DNA of 32,000 bases, taken from positions 3,660,001 through 3,692,000 of the forward strand of contig NC_014034.1 of assembly GCF_000021865.1 (NCBI RefSeq), written 5' to 3'. Shown in pieces: positions 17,432-26,641 of this stretch. Position 1 is the stretch's first letter, and the number at the start of each line of letters is the position of its first letter. The notes beneath the pieces are model-generated. The model did no database searches. It was given only the letters and a program-made list of their open reading frames with translations, and was not told the origin of the DNA. Origin of the DNA: Rhodobacter capsulatus SB 1003. GTDB lineage: Bacteria > Pseudomonadota > Alphaproteobacteria > Rhodobacterales > Rhodobacteraceae. The translations under genes were made by a program, and so were the position numbers.

Positions 17432-17486
17432 TGAACCGTCCAGTTCAATTTGCCCTTGAAAAGCTGAACGACTCGGTTCATATAGC
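17432..17486. promoter_or_regulatory. two TGAAC-N6-GTTCA palindromes; the second fills the 19-nt spacer of a candidate TTGAAA/TATAGC promoter
   Basis: TGAACCGTCCAGTTCA (17432-17447) and TGAACGACTCGGTTCA (17465-17480), 33 bp centre to centre. Candidate -35 TTGAAA at 17456-17461 and -10 TATAGC at 17481-17486. Confidence 0.35.
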
Positions 17487-17519
17487 GTCATGTAAACCGA
17501 TTGGTTCAGATTGGAGACC

Positions 17520-17681
17520 ATGATGAAACGCTTCTTCCTTGGCCTTGCGCTTGTCACGATGACCGCGTCTGCCGCCGCGGCCGGAGGCATGAGCTTCGAC
17601 CTGCCGCGCCTCGACTTTCCGGGCACCGGCGCCGAGGTCACCCAGACCTGCAACCTGCTGACGCAGACCTGCAGCCAATGA
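17520..17681 (+). CDS. small exported peptide (53 aa, signal peptide, C-x6-C near the C-terminus), function unknown
   Basis: Not in the track, probably because it is too short. GGAG (17513-17516) precedes ATGATG. Sequence: MMKRFFLGLALVTMTASAAAAGGMSFDLPRLDFPGTGAEVTQTCNLLTQTCSQ*. About 45 of 53 codons end in G/C, as in real genes here. Confidence 0.55.
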   Translation: MMKRFFLGLALVTMTASAAAAGGMSFDLPRLDFPGTGAEVTQTCNLLTQTCSQ

Positions 17682-17781
17682 ATCCGGCGCAAGCGCCGTG
17701 CCCGGCAGCGGCCGCGGGTGGTTGACCCTGCCGCGCCTGCACCCTACGCATGGGCGGCAGGGTAACCGAACGGGGCACAGC

Positions 17782-18387
17782 ATGGGCGGACCGCAAGACG
17801 CGCTGATCGTCATCGACATTCAGAACGACTTCTGCCCGGGCGGGGCGCTTGCGGTGACGGGGGGCGACGAGATCATCCCCCGTGTCAATGCGCTGATGGC
17901 GGAAGCCCCCGTCACCGTGCTGACGCAGGACTGGCACCCCGCGGATCACGCCTCTTTCGCGGAAAACCACCCGGGCCTGGCGCCGTTCTCGCAGATCGAG
18001 ATGGCCTATGGCGCGCAGACGCTGTGGCCCGCGCATTGCGTGCAGGGCACAAGGGGCGCGGAATTCCACCCCGCCTTGCGCACCGATGCCGATCTGATCC
18101 TGCGCAAGGGGTTTCGGCGCGGCATCGACAGCTATTCCGCTTTCTTCGAGAATGACCGCAAGACCCCCACCGGCCTTGCGGGCTATCTGCGCGAGCGCGG
18201 CGTCATGCAGGTGACCCTTGTCGGGCTGGCGCTGGATTTCTGCGTGGGCTGGTCGGCGATCGATGCGGCGAAGCTTGGCTTCACCACCCGCGTCCTGACG
18301 GGCGCCTGCCGGGCCATCGACCTGAACGGCTCGCTTGCGGCCGCGCGGGGCCAGATGCTGGCGGCGGGCGTGGGGCTGGAGCCCTGA
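17782..18387 (+). CDS. pncA: nicotinamidase / pyrazinamidase
   Basis: ATG 17782 gives [25 protein letters not shown]. The catalytic Cys context [14 protein letters not shown] identifies an isochorismatase-fold enzyme. Confidence 0.9.
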   Translation: MGGPQDALIVIDIQNDFCPGGALAVTGGDEIIPRVNALMAEAPVTVLTQDWHPADHASFAENHPGLAPFSQIEMAYGAQTLWPAHCVQGTRGAEFHPALRTDADLILRKGFRRGIDSYSAFFENDRKTPTGLAGYLRERGVMQVTLVGLALDFCVGWSAIDAAKLGFTTRVLTGACRAIDLNGSLAAARGQMLAAGVGLEP

Positions 18388-18388
18388 G

Positions 18389-19696
18389 ATGGTCGATATC
18401 GCCACCCGCGTCTACAACCACCGCTGGCAGATCGACCCTATCGTCCGCTCGCTGATCGACACCGATTTCTACAAGCTCCTGATGTGCCAGTCGGTGTTCC
18501 GGCACCGTCCGGCAACGCAGGTCACCTTCAGCCTGATCAACCGCACGAAATCCATCCGCCTCGCCGATCTGATCGACGAGGGCGAATTGCGCGAGCAGCT
18601 GGATTACGCCCGCGGCCTGCGGCTGACGCGCGGCGAAAGCACCTGGCTGCGCGGCAACACCTTTTACGGCAAGCGGCAGATGTTCCGCCCCGATTTCATG
18701 GAGTGGTTCGAGGCGTTCCGCCTGCCGCCCTATCACCTGGAAAAGCGCGACGGCCAGTATGAGCTGACCTTCGAGGGCAATTGGCCCGAGGTGATGATGT
18801 GGGAAATCCCGGCGCTGGCGATTCTGATGGAGCTGCGCTCGCGCGCCGTGCTGCGGGGCATGAAGCGGTTTGAATTGCAGGTGCTTTATGCCCGTGCGAT
18901 GACGCGCGTCTGGGAAAAGATCGAACGGCTGAAGCGGATCGAGGGGCTGAAGATCGCCGATTTCGGCACGCGCAGGCGGCATGGCTTCCTGTGGCAGGAC
19001 TGGTGCGTGCAGGCGATGGTCGAAGGTCTGGGCGATGCGGCGCAGGGCGGCTCTTTCACCGGCACCTCGAATTGTCTGATCGCGATGCGCCGCGATCTGG
19101 AGGCGGTCGGCACCAATGCGCATGAGCTGCCGATGGTGATGGCGGCGCTGGCCGAGACCGACGCGGAATTGCGCCAGGCGCCCTATCGCGTGCTGGAGGA
19201 CTGGCACGAGGAACACGACGGCAATCTGCGCATCATCCTGCCCGATACCTACGGGACCAAAGGGTTTCTGCAACGCGCCCCCGACTGGCTGGCGGCCTGG
19301 ACCGGGATCCGGATCGATTCGGGCAACCCCTTCGAGAGCGCGGAAACCGCGATTTCCTGGTGGCAATCGCGCGGCGAAGACCCGGCGAAGAAGCTGGTGA
19401 TCTTTTCCGACGGGCTTGATGTGGCGCAGATCGAGGCGCTGCATGCGCAGTTCCGCGGCCGGGTCAAGGTCAGCTTCGGCTGGGGCACGCTTTTGACCAA
19501 TGATTTCCGCGGCCTGGTGGAGGAGGACGAGCTGTCCCCCTTCAGCCTGGTCTGCAAGGCGGTCGCGGCGAACGGGCGCCCGACGGTGAAACTGTCGGAC
19601 AACCCGGAAAAGGCCACCGGCCCCGCCGAAGAAATCGCCCGCTATCGGCGGGTGTTCGACGTCGGCGCGCAGACCGCGTCGCCGGTCGTCGTTTAA
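18389..19696 (+). CDS. pncB: nicotinate phosphoribosyltransferase
   Basis: ATG 18389 lies 1 nt after the pncA stop. [48 protein letters not shown]. The pncA-pncB salvage pair is canonical. Confidence 0.95.
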   Translation: MVDIATRVYNHRWQIDPIVRSLIDTDFYKLLMCQSVFRHRPATQVTFSLINRTKSIRLADLIDEGELREQLDYARGLRLTRGESTWLRGNTFYGKRQMFRPDFMEWFEAFRLPPYHLEKRDGQYELTFEGNWPEVMMWEIPALAILMELRSRAVLRGMKRFELQVLYARAMTRVWEKIERLKRIEGLKIADFGTRRRHGFLWQDWCVQAMVEGLGDAAQGGSFTGTSNCLIAMRRDLEAVGTNAHELPMVMAALAETDAELRQAPYRVLEDWHEEHDGNLRIILPDTYGTKGFLQRAPDWLAAWTGIRIDSGNPFESAETAISWWQSRGEDPAKKLVIFSDGLDVAQIEALHAQFRGRVKVSFGWGTLLTNDFRGLVEEDELSPFSLVCKAVAANGRPTVKLSDNPEKATGPAEEIARYRRVFDVGAQTASPVVV

Positions 19697-21165
19697 CCGT
19701 CGAGCGCGTTCATCAGCCAATAAAGCCCGGCCGAGAGCACCGCCGAGGCCGGCACGGTGATGATCCAGGCGGCGACGACCGTGGTGATATGCGAGCGCCG
19801 CACCAGAAGCCGGCGCGAGCGTTCCTCGGGCGGGACCACCTTGCCCTTTTGCAGGCCCAAAAGCCGCGCCCGGCGTTCGGCATGCCATTCGCGGTAAAAG
19901 CCGACGCCAAAGACGCCGCCCACCGCGATATGGGTCGAGGACACCGGCAGCCCCAGCCACGAGGCGACGATGACGGTGATCGCCGCCGAAAGCGCCACGC
20001 AATAGGCCCGCATCGCATTGAGCTTGGTGATTTCCGAGCCCACCAGCTTGATCAGCCGCGGCCCGAACAGCGTCAGCCCGACCGAGATGCCGAAAGCGCC
20101 GACCGCCATGATCCAGAACGGCACTTCGACCTTGTCGCTCAGCGTGCCGTCCTGCACCGCATGCACGATGGCGGCCAGCGGCCCCACCGCATTGGCCACG
20201 TCATTCGCCCCATGGGCAAAGGACAAAAGCGCCGCCGAGACGATCAGCGGAATGGTGAACAGCTTCTTCAGCGTCTTCTTGCGGTTTTCCTGGCCCGCGG
20301 ATTGCGCCCGCACCAGCGGCACCGACACGCCCCAGGCCACCAGCCCGACCAGAACCCCGATCAGCAGCGAGGCCCCCAGCGAGATGTGAAGGATCTTCGT
20401 CAGCCCCTTGAGCGCCAGATAGGCGGCAAAGGTGCCCGACATGAAGCCGATCAGCATCGGCACCCATTTGCGGGCGGCGGCGATCTTGTCCTCGACATAG
20501 ATGATCTTGGCCTTGATGAAAGCCAGGAAAAGCGCGGCAAAGATCCCGCCCATGATCGGCGAAATCACCCAGCTGGCGGAAATCGTCGCGATGGCGGGCC
20601 AGTTCACCGCACCAAATCCCGCGGCGGCCACGCCCGCGCCGACGACGCCGCCGACGATCGAATGGGTGGTGGAGACCGGCGCCCCCATCCAGGTCGCCAC
20701 ATGCAGCCACAGCGCCGAGGCGAGCAGCGCCGCCATCATCGCCCAGATGAAATGCGCCGCATCGGGCACGGCCTCGGGCGCCAGGATCCCGGTCGAGACG
20801 GTCTTGACCACATCGCCCCCGGCAATCAGCGAGCCCGAGACCTCGAAGATCGCGGCAATGATCAGCGCGCCGCCCAGCGTCAGCGCATTCGCGCCGACGG
20901 CCGGGCCCATGTTGTTGGCGACGTCATTGGCGCCGATGTTCAGCGCCATATAGGCGCCGATCGCCGCGGCGAAGACCACGATCAGCCCGCCCGGCTGCGC
21001 CCCCATCAGGATCGCGGCGAAAACCCCCGCCAGCACGATGAAGGCCAGACCGATCCCCGGCGCCACCAGCGGCCGGGCCACGAATTGCGTCGCCTCTTCC
21101 AGAAGACCGATCCGGCTCAGATCCTTGTCGAGCGTCTTCCATTGGTTGATCGGCGGTGTAGCCAC
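19693..21165 (-). CDS. pit: inorganic phosphate transporter, PiT family
   Basis: 490 aa with a GTG start. The PHO4 signature is duplicated ([14 protein letters not shown] and [14 protein letters not shown]). The protein is polytopic. Confidence 0.9.
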   Translation of the reverse strand: MATPPINQWKTLDKDLSRIGLLEEATQFVARPLVAPGIGLAFIVLAGVFAAILMGAQPGGLIVVFAAAIGAYMALNIGANDVANNMGPAVGANALTLGGALIIAAIFEVSGSLIAGGDVVKTVSTGILAPEAVPDAAHFIWAMMAALLASALWLHVATWMGAPVSTTHSIVGGVVGAGVAAAGFGAVNWPAIATISASWVISPIMGGIFAALFLAFIKAKIIYVEDKIAAARKWVPMLIGFMSGTFAAYLALKGLTKILHISLGASLLIGVLVGLVAWGVSVPLVRAQSAGQENRKKTLKKLFTIPLIVSAALLSFAHGANDVANAVGPLAAIVHAVQDGTLSDKVEVPFWIMAVGAFGISVGLTLFGPRLIKLVGSEITKLNAMRAYCVALSAAITVIVASWLGLPVSSTHIAVGGVFGVGFYREWHAERRARLLGLQKGKVVPPEERSRRLLVRRSHITTVVAAWIITVPASAVLSAGLYWLMNALDG

Positions 21166-21262
21166 GGTCTTTCCCCTGCCCGACGCCCGTCACAAAACTG
21201 ACAGGCACCCGTTACGTTCGCGCGTGGGTTAGACCGGTTGAGGCGTCAAGGCAATGCGGCTA

Positions 21263-21709
21263 TCACGAAAACGTGCGCAGGATCTGCTTCAATTCGCGTT
21301 CCTGCACCCGTTTGGCGGCCGCTTTTGGCGAAACGAATTGTCGCGCCCGCCGCCCGACCTCGGGATAGTCGTCATCCAGCCCTTCGACATCGACGACGAA
21401 GCACAGCACCTTGCAGCGCTGTTCAAGCCCGTTCTTGCGCCGCTTCGTGTAGTGAAAGGCGCCGATGGGATCGGCATTCACATGACCGCGCACCCCCGCC
21501 TCTTCCCAGGCTTCGCGCAGCGCCGCCTCGGCCAAGGTCTTGCCGCGCATCGGCCAGCCCTTCGGCACGATGCAGCGCTTGGTGTCCAGCGAGGAGACCA
21601 GCAGCACCTCGGTCTCCTTGCCGCGGCCGCGCCGACAGATCGCCGCCACCTGCAGCGCCTCGGGGCGGTGGCCCAGCAGATTGCGCAGAAACGGGGGCAG
21701 GCCGATCAT
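21263..21709 (-). CDS. Nudix hydrolase
   Basis: 148 aa from ATG 21709: MIGLPPFLRN... Nudix box GKTLAEAALREAWEEAGV. The ATG overlaps the kinase stop (ATGA). Confidence 0.85.
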   Translation of the reverse strand: MIGLPPFLRNLLGHRPEALQVAAICRRGRGKETEVLLVSSLDTKRCIVPKGWPMRGKTLAEAALREAWEEAGVRGHVNADPIGAFHYTKRRKNGLEQRCKVLCFVVDVEGLDDDYPEVGRRARQFVSPKAAAKRVQERELKQILRTFS

Positions 21710-22680
21710 CCGATCTCTCCCCAGGGGCTGTCGCCCGCCAGCAGCATCCGCGCCAGCGCCACCGCGCGATAGGCATAGGCGCGCTGGCGGCGGCTGTCTT
21801 CGGGCGCGCGGGTGACGACCCAACCGGCCGAGACGAAGGCCCGCACCGCAAGGAACAGCGGCAAAAGCGCCAGCTGATCCGCGGGCAGGTCGCGGCGGCG
21901 ACGATAGCCCGCCACCAGCCGCCGGGCATGCTCGGTCAGCAGCGGGTCGCCCCAGCTTTGCACCAGCGCCGAGGCGAGATCGTAAAGCCGCCAGCCCGGG
22001 CCGCAATCGTCAAAGTCGATCAGCCGCAGCCCGTCGCGGGTCATCATCACGTTCGAGCGCAGCGTATCGGCATGGATCGGCCCGAAATCCGTGGCCCGCG
22101 GCAAAAGCGCAAGCGCCTTGTCGCGCGCCGCCCGCAGGATCGCGCTTTCCTCGGCGCTCAGCGTCGGCGCCTCCCAGAACCGGCCCAGCCGCGGCGTCTC
22201 GCCCAAAAGCGCCTCGGCCGCCCAGCCCGCGCGCGGAAAGGCCTCGGGGCAGGCGCCCGCGTCGGTGGCATTGTGCAGATCGGCAATCAGCGCGCCAAAA
22301 TCCCCGGCCCGGGCCAGCACGGCGGAATTTTCCAAAGGCGCGACGGCCTCGCCCAGCGGCCGCCCCTCGATCCAGCGCAGGCAGGAGACCACCAGCCCGT
22401 CGACCATCGCCACCCAGGCACCATTCGCCGCGGGCAAGGGCTCGGCCACCGCCACGCCAGCATCGCACAGCCGCGCCGACCAGGCCAGTTCGGCGGCGAT
22501 CGCGGGGGCATCCTGATAGCCGGGCCGGTGCAGCCGCAGCGCGGCCTTGGTGCCGCTGGGCAGGATCGTGCCGAAGACGATGTTTTCCGACCGCCAGATC
22601 AGCTGCAAGGGCGCACCCATGCACAGCCAGGCGCGTTGCGCCTCGCGGGCCAGATCATAAGCGGCGGCATCTTCCATCAT
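21706..22680 (-). CDS. aminoglycoside phosphotransferase (APH/ChoK) fold kinase, substrate unknown
   Basis: 324 aa. Catalytic loop IHADTLRSNVMM and metal-binding LIDFDDCG. The ATG overlaps the stop of the upstream PLP enzyme (ATGA). Confidence 0.8.
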   Translation of the reverse strand: MMEDAAAYDLAREAQRAWLCMGAPLQLIWRSENIVFGTILPSGTKAALRLHRPGYQDAPAIAAELAWSARLCDAGVAVAEPLPAANGAWVAMVDGLVVSCLRWIEGRPLGEAVAPLENSAVLARAGDFGALIADLHNATDAGACPEAFPRAGWAAEALLGETPRLGRFWEAPTLSAEESAILRAARDKALALLPRATDFGPIHADTLRSNVMMTRDGLRLIDFDDCGPGWRLYDLASALVQSWGDPLLTEHARRLVAGYRRRRDLPADQLALLPLFLAVRAFVSAGWVVTRAPEDSRRQRAYAYRAVALARMLLAGDSPWGEIG

Positions 22681-23939
22681 GCGGGCATCTTTCGCAAAAT
22701 GGCGTCGAGCGTCTCGACCAGTTGCGCGGCATTCGCGCGTGAAAACGGCATCGGCGGCCGCATCTTGAGGATATGCTGCCCGCGCCCGACCCGGCCCAGA
22801 AGGAGGCCCGCATCCTTGGCCGCCTCGACCACCCGGCCGCAGAACTCGGTCGCCGGTTGCCCGTCGCGGGCAAATTCGATGCCGAAGAACAGGCCGAAAC
22901 CGCGGGTGTCGGCGATCAGCGGATGGCGCAACTCGCGCAACAGGCCCAGTGCGTAGGCGCCGACCTCGCGGGCGTTTTCGACCAGACCCTCGTCCTCGAT
23001 CACATCCAGCACGGCACTGGCCGCAGCACAGGAGACCGGGTTTCCGGCAAAGGTGTTGAAATAGCCAAAGGCGTTGCGAAAGGCCGCCATCACCTCGGGC
23101 CGGGCGATCACCGCGGCGACCGGGTGGCCATTGCCCATCGGCTTGCCCAGGGTCACCACATCGGGGGCAAAGCCGAGGAAGTCATGCCCCCACCAATGCG
23201 TGCCCACCCGGCCGAAGCCCGGCTGCACCTCGTCGCACAGGATCAGGCCGCCCGCCCTGCGCACCACCTCGACGGTCGGGTCCAGAAAGCCGGGGCCGAT
23301 GCCGGGCGTCCCCTCGTTGGCGAAGATCGGGCAGAGCATGATCCCGGCGAACCCATGGCCTGAAGCCTCCAGCTCGGCAATTGCCCGGGCCACGCCCTCT
23401 GCGAAAGCCTGCGGCTGCGCGGCAAGTGATCCGCCCAAGGGCGCCAGACTGTCGGGCGCGGGCACGCGGCGGATATGGGGCGGGTAGCCGCCAATCGGCG
23501 GGCGGCGCGTGGAGAGATGCGCCACCGCCGTGGTATTGCCGTGATAGGTGTTGTCGGTGGCAATCAGCCCGGTCTTGCCGGTCATCGCCTGCGCCATCCG
23601 CAGCGCGACATCATTCGCCTCGGACCCGGTGCAGGTCATCAGCATCTGGTTGAGATCATGCGAAAACTTCGCGGTGAGCCGCTCGCCATAGGTCAGGATG
23701 CCCTCGTGCAGATAGCGGGTATGGGTGTTCAGAACCGAGGCCTGCGCCGCAATCGCCGCGACCACGCGGGGATGGCAATGGCCGACATGGGCGACGTTGT
23801 TGTAGCAATCCAGATAGCGCCGCCCGGTGTCATCAAACAGCCAGACGCCCTCGCCGCGCACGATCTGCAAGGGGCGCTCATAAAAGGTCGGCACATTCGG
23901 CCCCAAAAGCCGCGTGCGGCGGGCCAGCAGGTCACTCAT
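22677..23939 (-). CDS. class-III PLP-dependent aminotransferase-fold enzyme, AGXT2L/phospho-lyase-like branch
   Basis: 420 aa. YLDCYNNVAHVGHCHPRVV, TGSEANDVALRMA, DEVQPGFGRVG, and TLGKPMGNGHP (PLP lysine). Confidence 0.9.
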   Translation of the reverse strand: MSDLLARRTRLLGPNVPTFYERPLQIVRGEGVWLFDDTGRRYLDCYNNVAHVGHCHPRVVAAIAAQASVLNTHTRYLHEGILTYGERLTAKFSHDLNQMLMTCTGSEANDVALRMAQAMTGKTGLIATDNTYHGNTTAVAHLSTRRPPIGGYPPHIRRVPAPDSLAPLGGSLAAQPQAFAEGVARAIAELEASGHGFAGIMLCPIFANEGTPGIGPGFLDPTVEVVRRAGGLILCDEVQPGFGRVGTHWWGHDFLGFAPDVVTLGKPMGNGHPVAAVIARPEVMAAFRNAFGYFNTFAGNPVSCAAASAVLDVIEDEGLVENAREVGAYALGLLRELRHPLIADTRGFGLFFGIEFARDGQPATEFCGRVVEAAKDAGLLLGRVGRGQHILKMRPPMPFSRANAAQLVETLDAILRKMPA

Positions 23940-24354
23940 CCTCGCCCACCCTGCCCCGCAGCGCCTTGACCTCGCCCCGCACCGTCTTCGCCGCCAAACG
24001 CCGCCGCTGACTGCCGAGCGTCGGCTTCGTCGCCACCCGCCGCTTGGGCGCCACCAGCGCCGCGCGGATCAGCTCCACCAGCCGCTCGCGCGCCAATTCA
24101 CGGTTGCGCAGCTGGCTGCGCGTCTCCTCGGCGCGAATGACGATGGCGCCATCCAGCGTCCATTTCCGCCCCGCCAGCCGCTTCAGCCGCGCCTTCACCG
24201 GGGGCGTCAGATGCGGGCTGCGTTCGGCCTCGAAGCGCAATTCCACCGCGGTCGAGACCTTGTTGACATTCTGCCCCCCCGGCCCCTGCGAGCGCGTGAA
24301 GCTTTCCGACAGTTCCCAGTCGGCAATCGCCAATGTGTCATCGATCCACAGCAT
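23932..24354 (-). CDS. arfB: alternative ribosome-rescue factor ArfB (peptidyl-tRNA hydrolase, GGQ)
   Basis: 140 aa. SQGPGGQNVNKVSTAVELRF and a basic C-terminal tail KRRVATKPTLGSQRRRLAAK. Confidence 0.9.
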   Translation of the reverse strand: MLWIDDTLAIADWELSESFTRSQGPGGQNVNKVSTAVELRFEAERSPHLTPPVKARLKRLAGRKWTLDGAIVIRAEETRSQLRNRELARERLVELIRAALVAPKRRVATKPTLGSQRRRLAAKTVRGEVKALRGRVGEDE

Positions 24355-24426
24355 GGGCCCAACCTAAACACCGATTCGAAAAACAAAAGCCCCCGGCCCT
24401 TCATCTTGCCGAAAATATCCCGGGGC

Positions 24427-24443
24427 GCGGGGCAGAGCCCCGC
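24427..24443 (-). terminator. GC hairpin directly after the mtaB stop (terminator-like or REP-like)
   Basis: GCGGGGC-AGA-GCCCCGC. On the minus strand it is followed by GCCCCGGGATATTTTCGG, which is not a canonical U-tract. Confidence 0.3.
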
Positions 24444-24445
24444 TC

Positions 24446-25705
24446 TCAGGCCAGCAAACGGGCACCATCCTGCCCGGAAATGCGCAAGGACATCACCGTG
24501 CCCTCCGGCATATCACGATCAAACGACACTTCGGTGAAATACTCGGTCCGACCCAGCCGCGGCCCCTCGGTCAGCACCTCCCGCAGTTGCCCCACCTCGG
24601 CTTGCAGATGCCGGACAAGTGCCGCATCGCCCGCCGCGCGCAGCCGTGCCGCCCGGTCCTTGATCACGGGCCCCGCCACCCGCGGCATCCGCGCGGCGGG
24701 CGTGCCCTTGCGGGCCGAATAGGGGAAGACATGCAGGAAGGTCAGGCCGCAGTCCTCGACCAGCCGCAGGGAGTTTTCGAACATCTCTTCGGTCTCGGTC
24801 GGAAAGCCCGCGATGATGTCGGCGCCAAAGACGATGCCGGGGCGCAGCCGCCGCGCCTCCTCGCAAAAAGCAATCGCATCGTCGCGCAGGTGGCGGCGCT
24901 TCATCCGCTTCAGGATCATGTCATCGCCATGCTGGAGCGACAGATGCAGATGCGGCATCAGCCGGGGCTCGGTCGCAATCGCCAGCATCAGGTTGTCATC
25001 CGCCTCGATGCTGTCGATGGACGATATCCGCAGCCGCGCCAGATCCGGCACCAGCCGCAGGATCCGCATCACCAGATCGCCCATCCGCGGCGCCCCCGGC
25101 AGATCCGCCCCCCACGACGTCAGATCGACCCCGGTCAGCACCACCTCGGCAAAGCCGCGATCGACCAGCCGCTTGATCTGCTCGACCACCACGCCCGCGG
25201 GCACGGATCGCGAATTGCCGCGGCCAAAGGGGATGATGCAGAAGGTGCAACGGTGATCGCAGCCGTTTTGCACCTGCACATAGGCGCGGTGCCGCCCGAA
25301 GCCGTCGATCAGATGCCCCGCGGTTTCCTTGACCGACAGAATGTCATCGACCATCACCCGCTCGGTCTCGCCGATGAAATCCGCGCCCTTCGGTGCCAGC
25401 GCCGCCCAGGTCTCGGGCTGCATCTTTTCATGGTTGCCGACGACGCGGGTCACCTCGGTCATCGCGGCAAAGGTCTCGGGCTCGGTCTGCGCGGCGCAGC
25501 CCGTGACGATGATCGCCGCACCGGGGTTTTCCCGCGCCAGCTTGCGGATCTCCTGCTTGGCCTTGCGCACGGCCTCTGCCGTGACGGCGCAGGTGTTCAC
25601 CACGACCGCGCCGGAAAGACCGGCCTGCGCGGCCAGTTCCTTCATCGCCTCGGTCTCATAGGCGTTCAGCCGGCAGCCCAGCGTCGAGAAAACCGGCGGC
25701 TTCAT
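24446..25705 (-). CDS. mtaB: tRNA (t6A37) methylthiotransferase MtaB (radical SAM, MiaB-like)
   Basis: ATG 25705 gives [21 protein letters not shown]. Radical-SAM motif [15 protein letters not shown]-like C-terminus. The track ORF extension to 26062 is a shadow inside dapF. Confidence 0.9.
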   Translation of the reverse strand: MKPPVFSTLGCRLNAYETEAMKELAAQAGLSGAVVVNTCAVTAEAVRKAKQEIRKLARENPGAAIIVTGCAAQTEPETFAAMTEVTRVVGNHEKMQPETWAALAPKGADFIGETERVMVDDILSVKETAGHLIDGFGRHRAYVQVQNGCDHRCTFCIIPFGRGNSRSVPAGVVVEQIKRLVDRGFAEVVLTGVDLTSWGADLPGAPRMGDLVMRILRLVPDLARLRISSIDSIEADDNLMLAIATEPRLMPHLHLSLQHGDDMILKRMKRRHLRDDAIAFCEEARRLRPGIVFGADIIAGFPTETEEMFENSLRLVEDCGLTFLHVFPYSARKGTPAARMPRVAGPVIKDRAARLRAAGDAALVRHLQAEVGQLREVLTEGPRLGRTEYFTEVSFDRDMPEGTVMSLRISGQDGARLLA

Positions 25706-26535
25706 AGCGCGGCAAGGAAGGCGGGGGACAGTTCCGCCGCGAAGACCAGCGCGGTCGGGCCGGTCATCCAGACCCCGTCCTCGCGCCAGTCGATCTCCAG
25801 CCGCCCGCCATCGACATCGACGATCACCCGCCGCCCGGTCAGCCCGCGCAGATGCGCCGCCACCGCCGTCGCGCAGGTGCCCGACCCGCAGGCCAAGGTG
25901 ATGCCCGCGCCGCGTTCCCAGACCCGCATCCGCAAATGATCGGGGCCAATAAGCGAGGCGAATTCGACATTGGTGCGTTCGGGGAACAGCGGGTGATGCT
26001 CGATCTTCGGACCCAGACCCGAAACATCGGCCGTTTCGGCATCCTCGACGAAAAAGACGCAATGCGGATTGCCCATGCCGACGGCGACGGGATCGCCGGT
26101 CAGCGGCAGCGCCAGCGGATCGGCCGCCACGGGAATCGCGGCGGGGTCCAGAATCGGGGCGCCCATGTTCACCGACACCAGCCCGTCCGCGCGCCGTTCA
26201 GCCGAAAGCCGCCCGCGCGCCGTGGTCAGCGTCACGCGGTCCTTGCCCAGATCGCGCATCATCAGATCCGAGACGCAGCGCGTGGCATTGCCGCAGGCGC
26301 CCGCCTTCGAGCCATCGGAATTCCAGAATTCCAGCGTGAAATCCGCGCCTTCGGCGGGCAGAATCACCGCAAGCTGGTCGAAGCCGACGCCGCGATGCCG
26401 GTCGCCCAGCGCCCGCGCCAGCGCAGGCGTCACCGGGTTTTCACCGCTGCGCGCGTCGATCACGACGAAGTCGTTGCCAAGGCCGTGCATCTTCAGAAAA
26501 CGCAGGCCGGGTTCGGAAAGGGGTCTGTGGTCCAT
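25702..26535 (-). CDS. dapF: diaminopimelate epimerase
   Basis: [15 protein letters not shown], and catalytic Cys contexts GACGNATRC and LACGSGTCA. The stop overlaps the mtaB ATG (ATGA). Confidence 0.95.
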   Translation of the reverse strand: MDHRPLSEPGLRFLKMHGLGNDFVVIDARSGENPVTPALARALGDRHRGVGFDQLAVILPAEGADFTLEFWNSDGSKAGACGNATRCVSDLMMRDLGKDRVTLTTARGRLSAERRADGLVSVNMGAPILDPAAIPVAADPLALPLTGDPVAVGMGNPHCVFFVEDAETADVSGLGPKIEHHPLFPERTNVEFASLIGPDHLRMRVWERGAGITLACGSGTCATAVAAHLRGLTGRRVIVDVDGGRLEIDWREDGVWMTGPTALVFAAELSPAFLAAL

Positions 26536-26598
26536 GCGCGCCCTCTACACCCCGTCTGCAGTTTTTTCCAGTGCTGCGATTTTTTTCGCGTTTTGGCC

Positions 26599-26627
26599 CT
26601 TGACCCCCCCGGCACGGACCAGTAGAG
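26599..26627 (+). promoter_or_regulatory. candidate sigma-70 type promoter of tRNA-Lys
   Basis: TTGACC (26599-26604)-N17-TAGAGA (26622-26627), about 15 nt before the mature tRNA 5' end. T-tracts (TTTTTT, TTTTTTT, TTTT at 26562-26594) resembling an UP element lie upstream. Confidence 0.45.
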
Positions 26628-26641
26628 ACCGCCGCAGTGAT

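Noticed and set aside
21187-21205. Pho-box-like sequence upstream of pit (minus strand: CCTGTCAG-TTTT-GTGACGG).
   Set aside because: Only the first 7-mer resembles CTGTCAT. The second half matches 3 of 7 positions. The sequence is better described as a GTCA-N6-TGAC inverted repeat of unknown meaning.
18281-22956. Long ORFs 18281-20002 (-), 19789-21201 (+) and 21238-22956 (+).
   Set aside because: These are shadows of pncB, pit and the Nudix/kinase genes respectively. They have no motifs and an R/P/G/H-rich composition.
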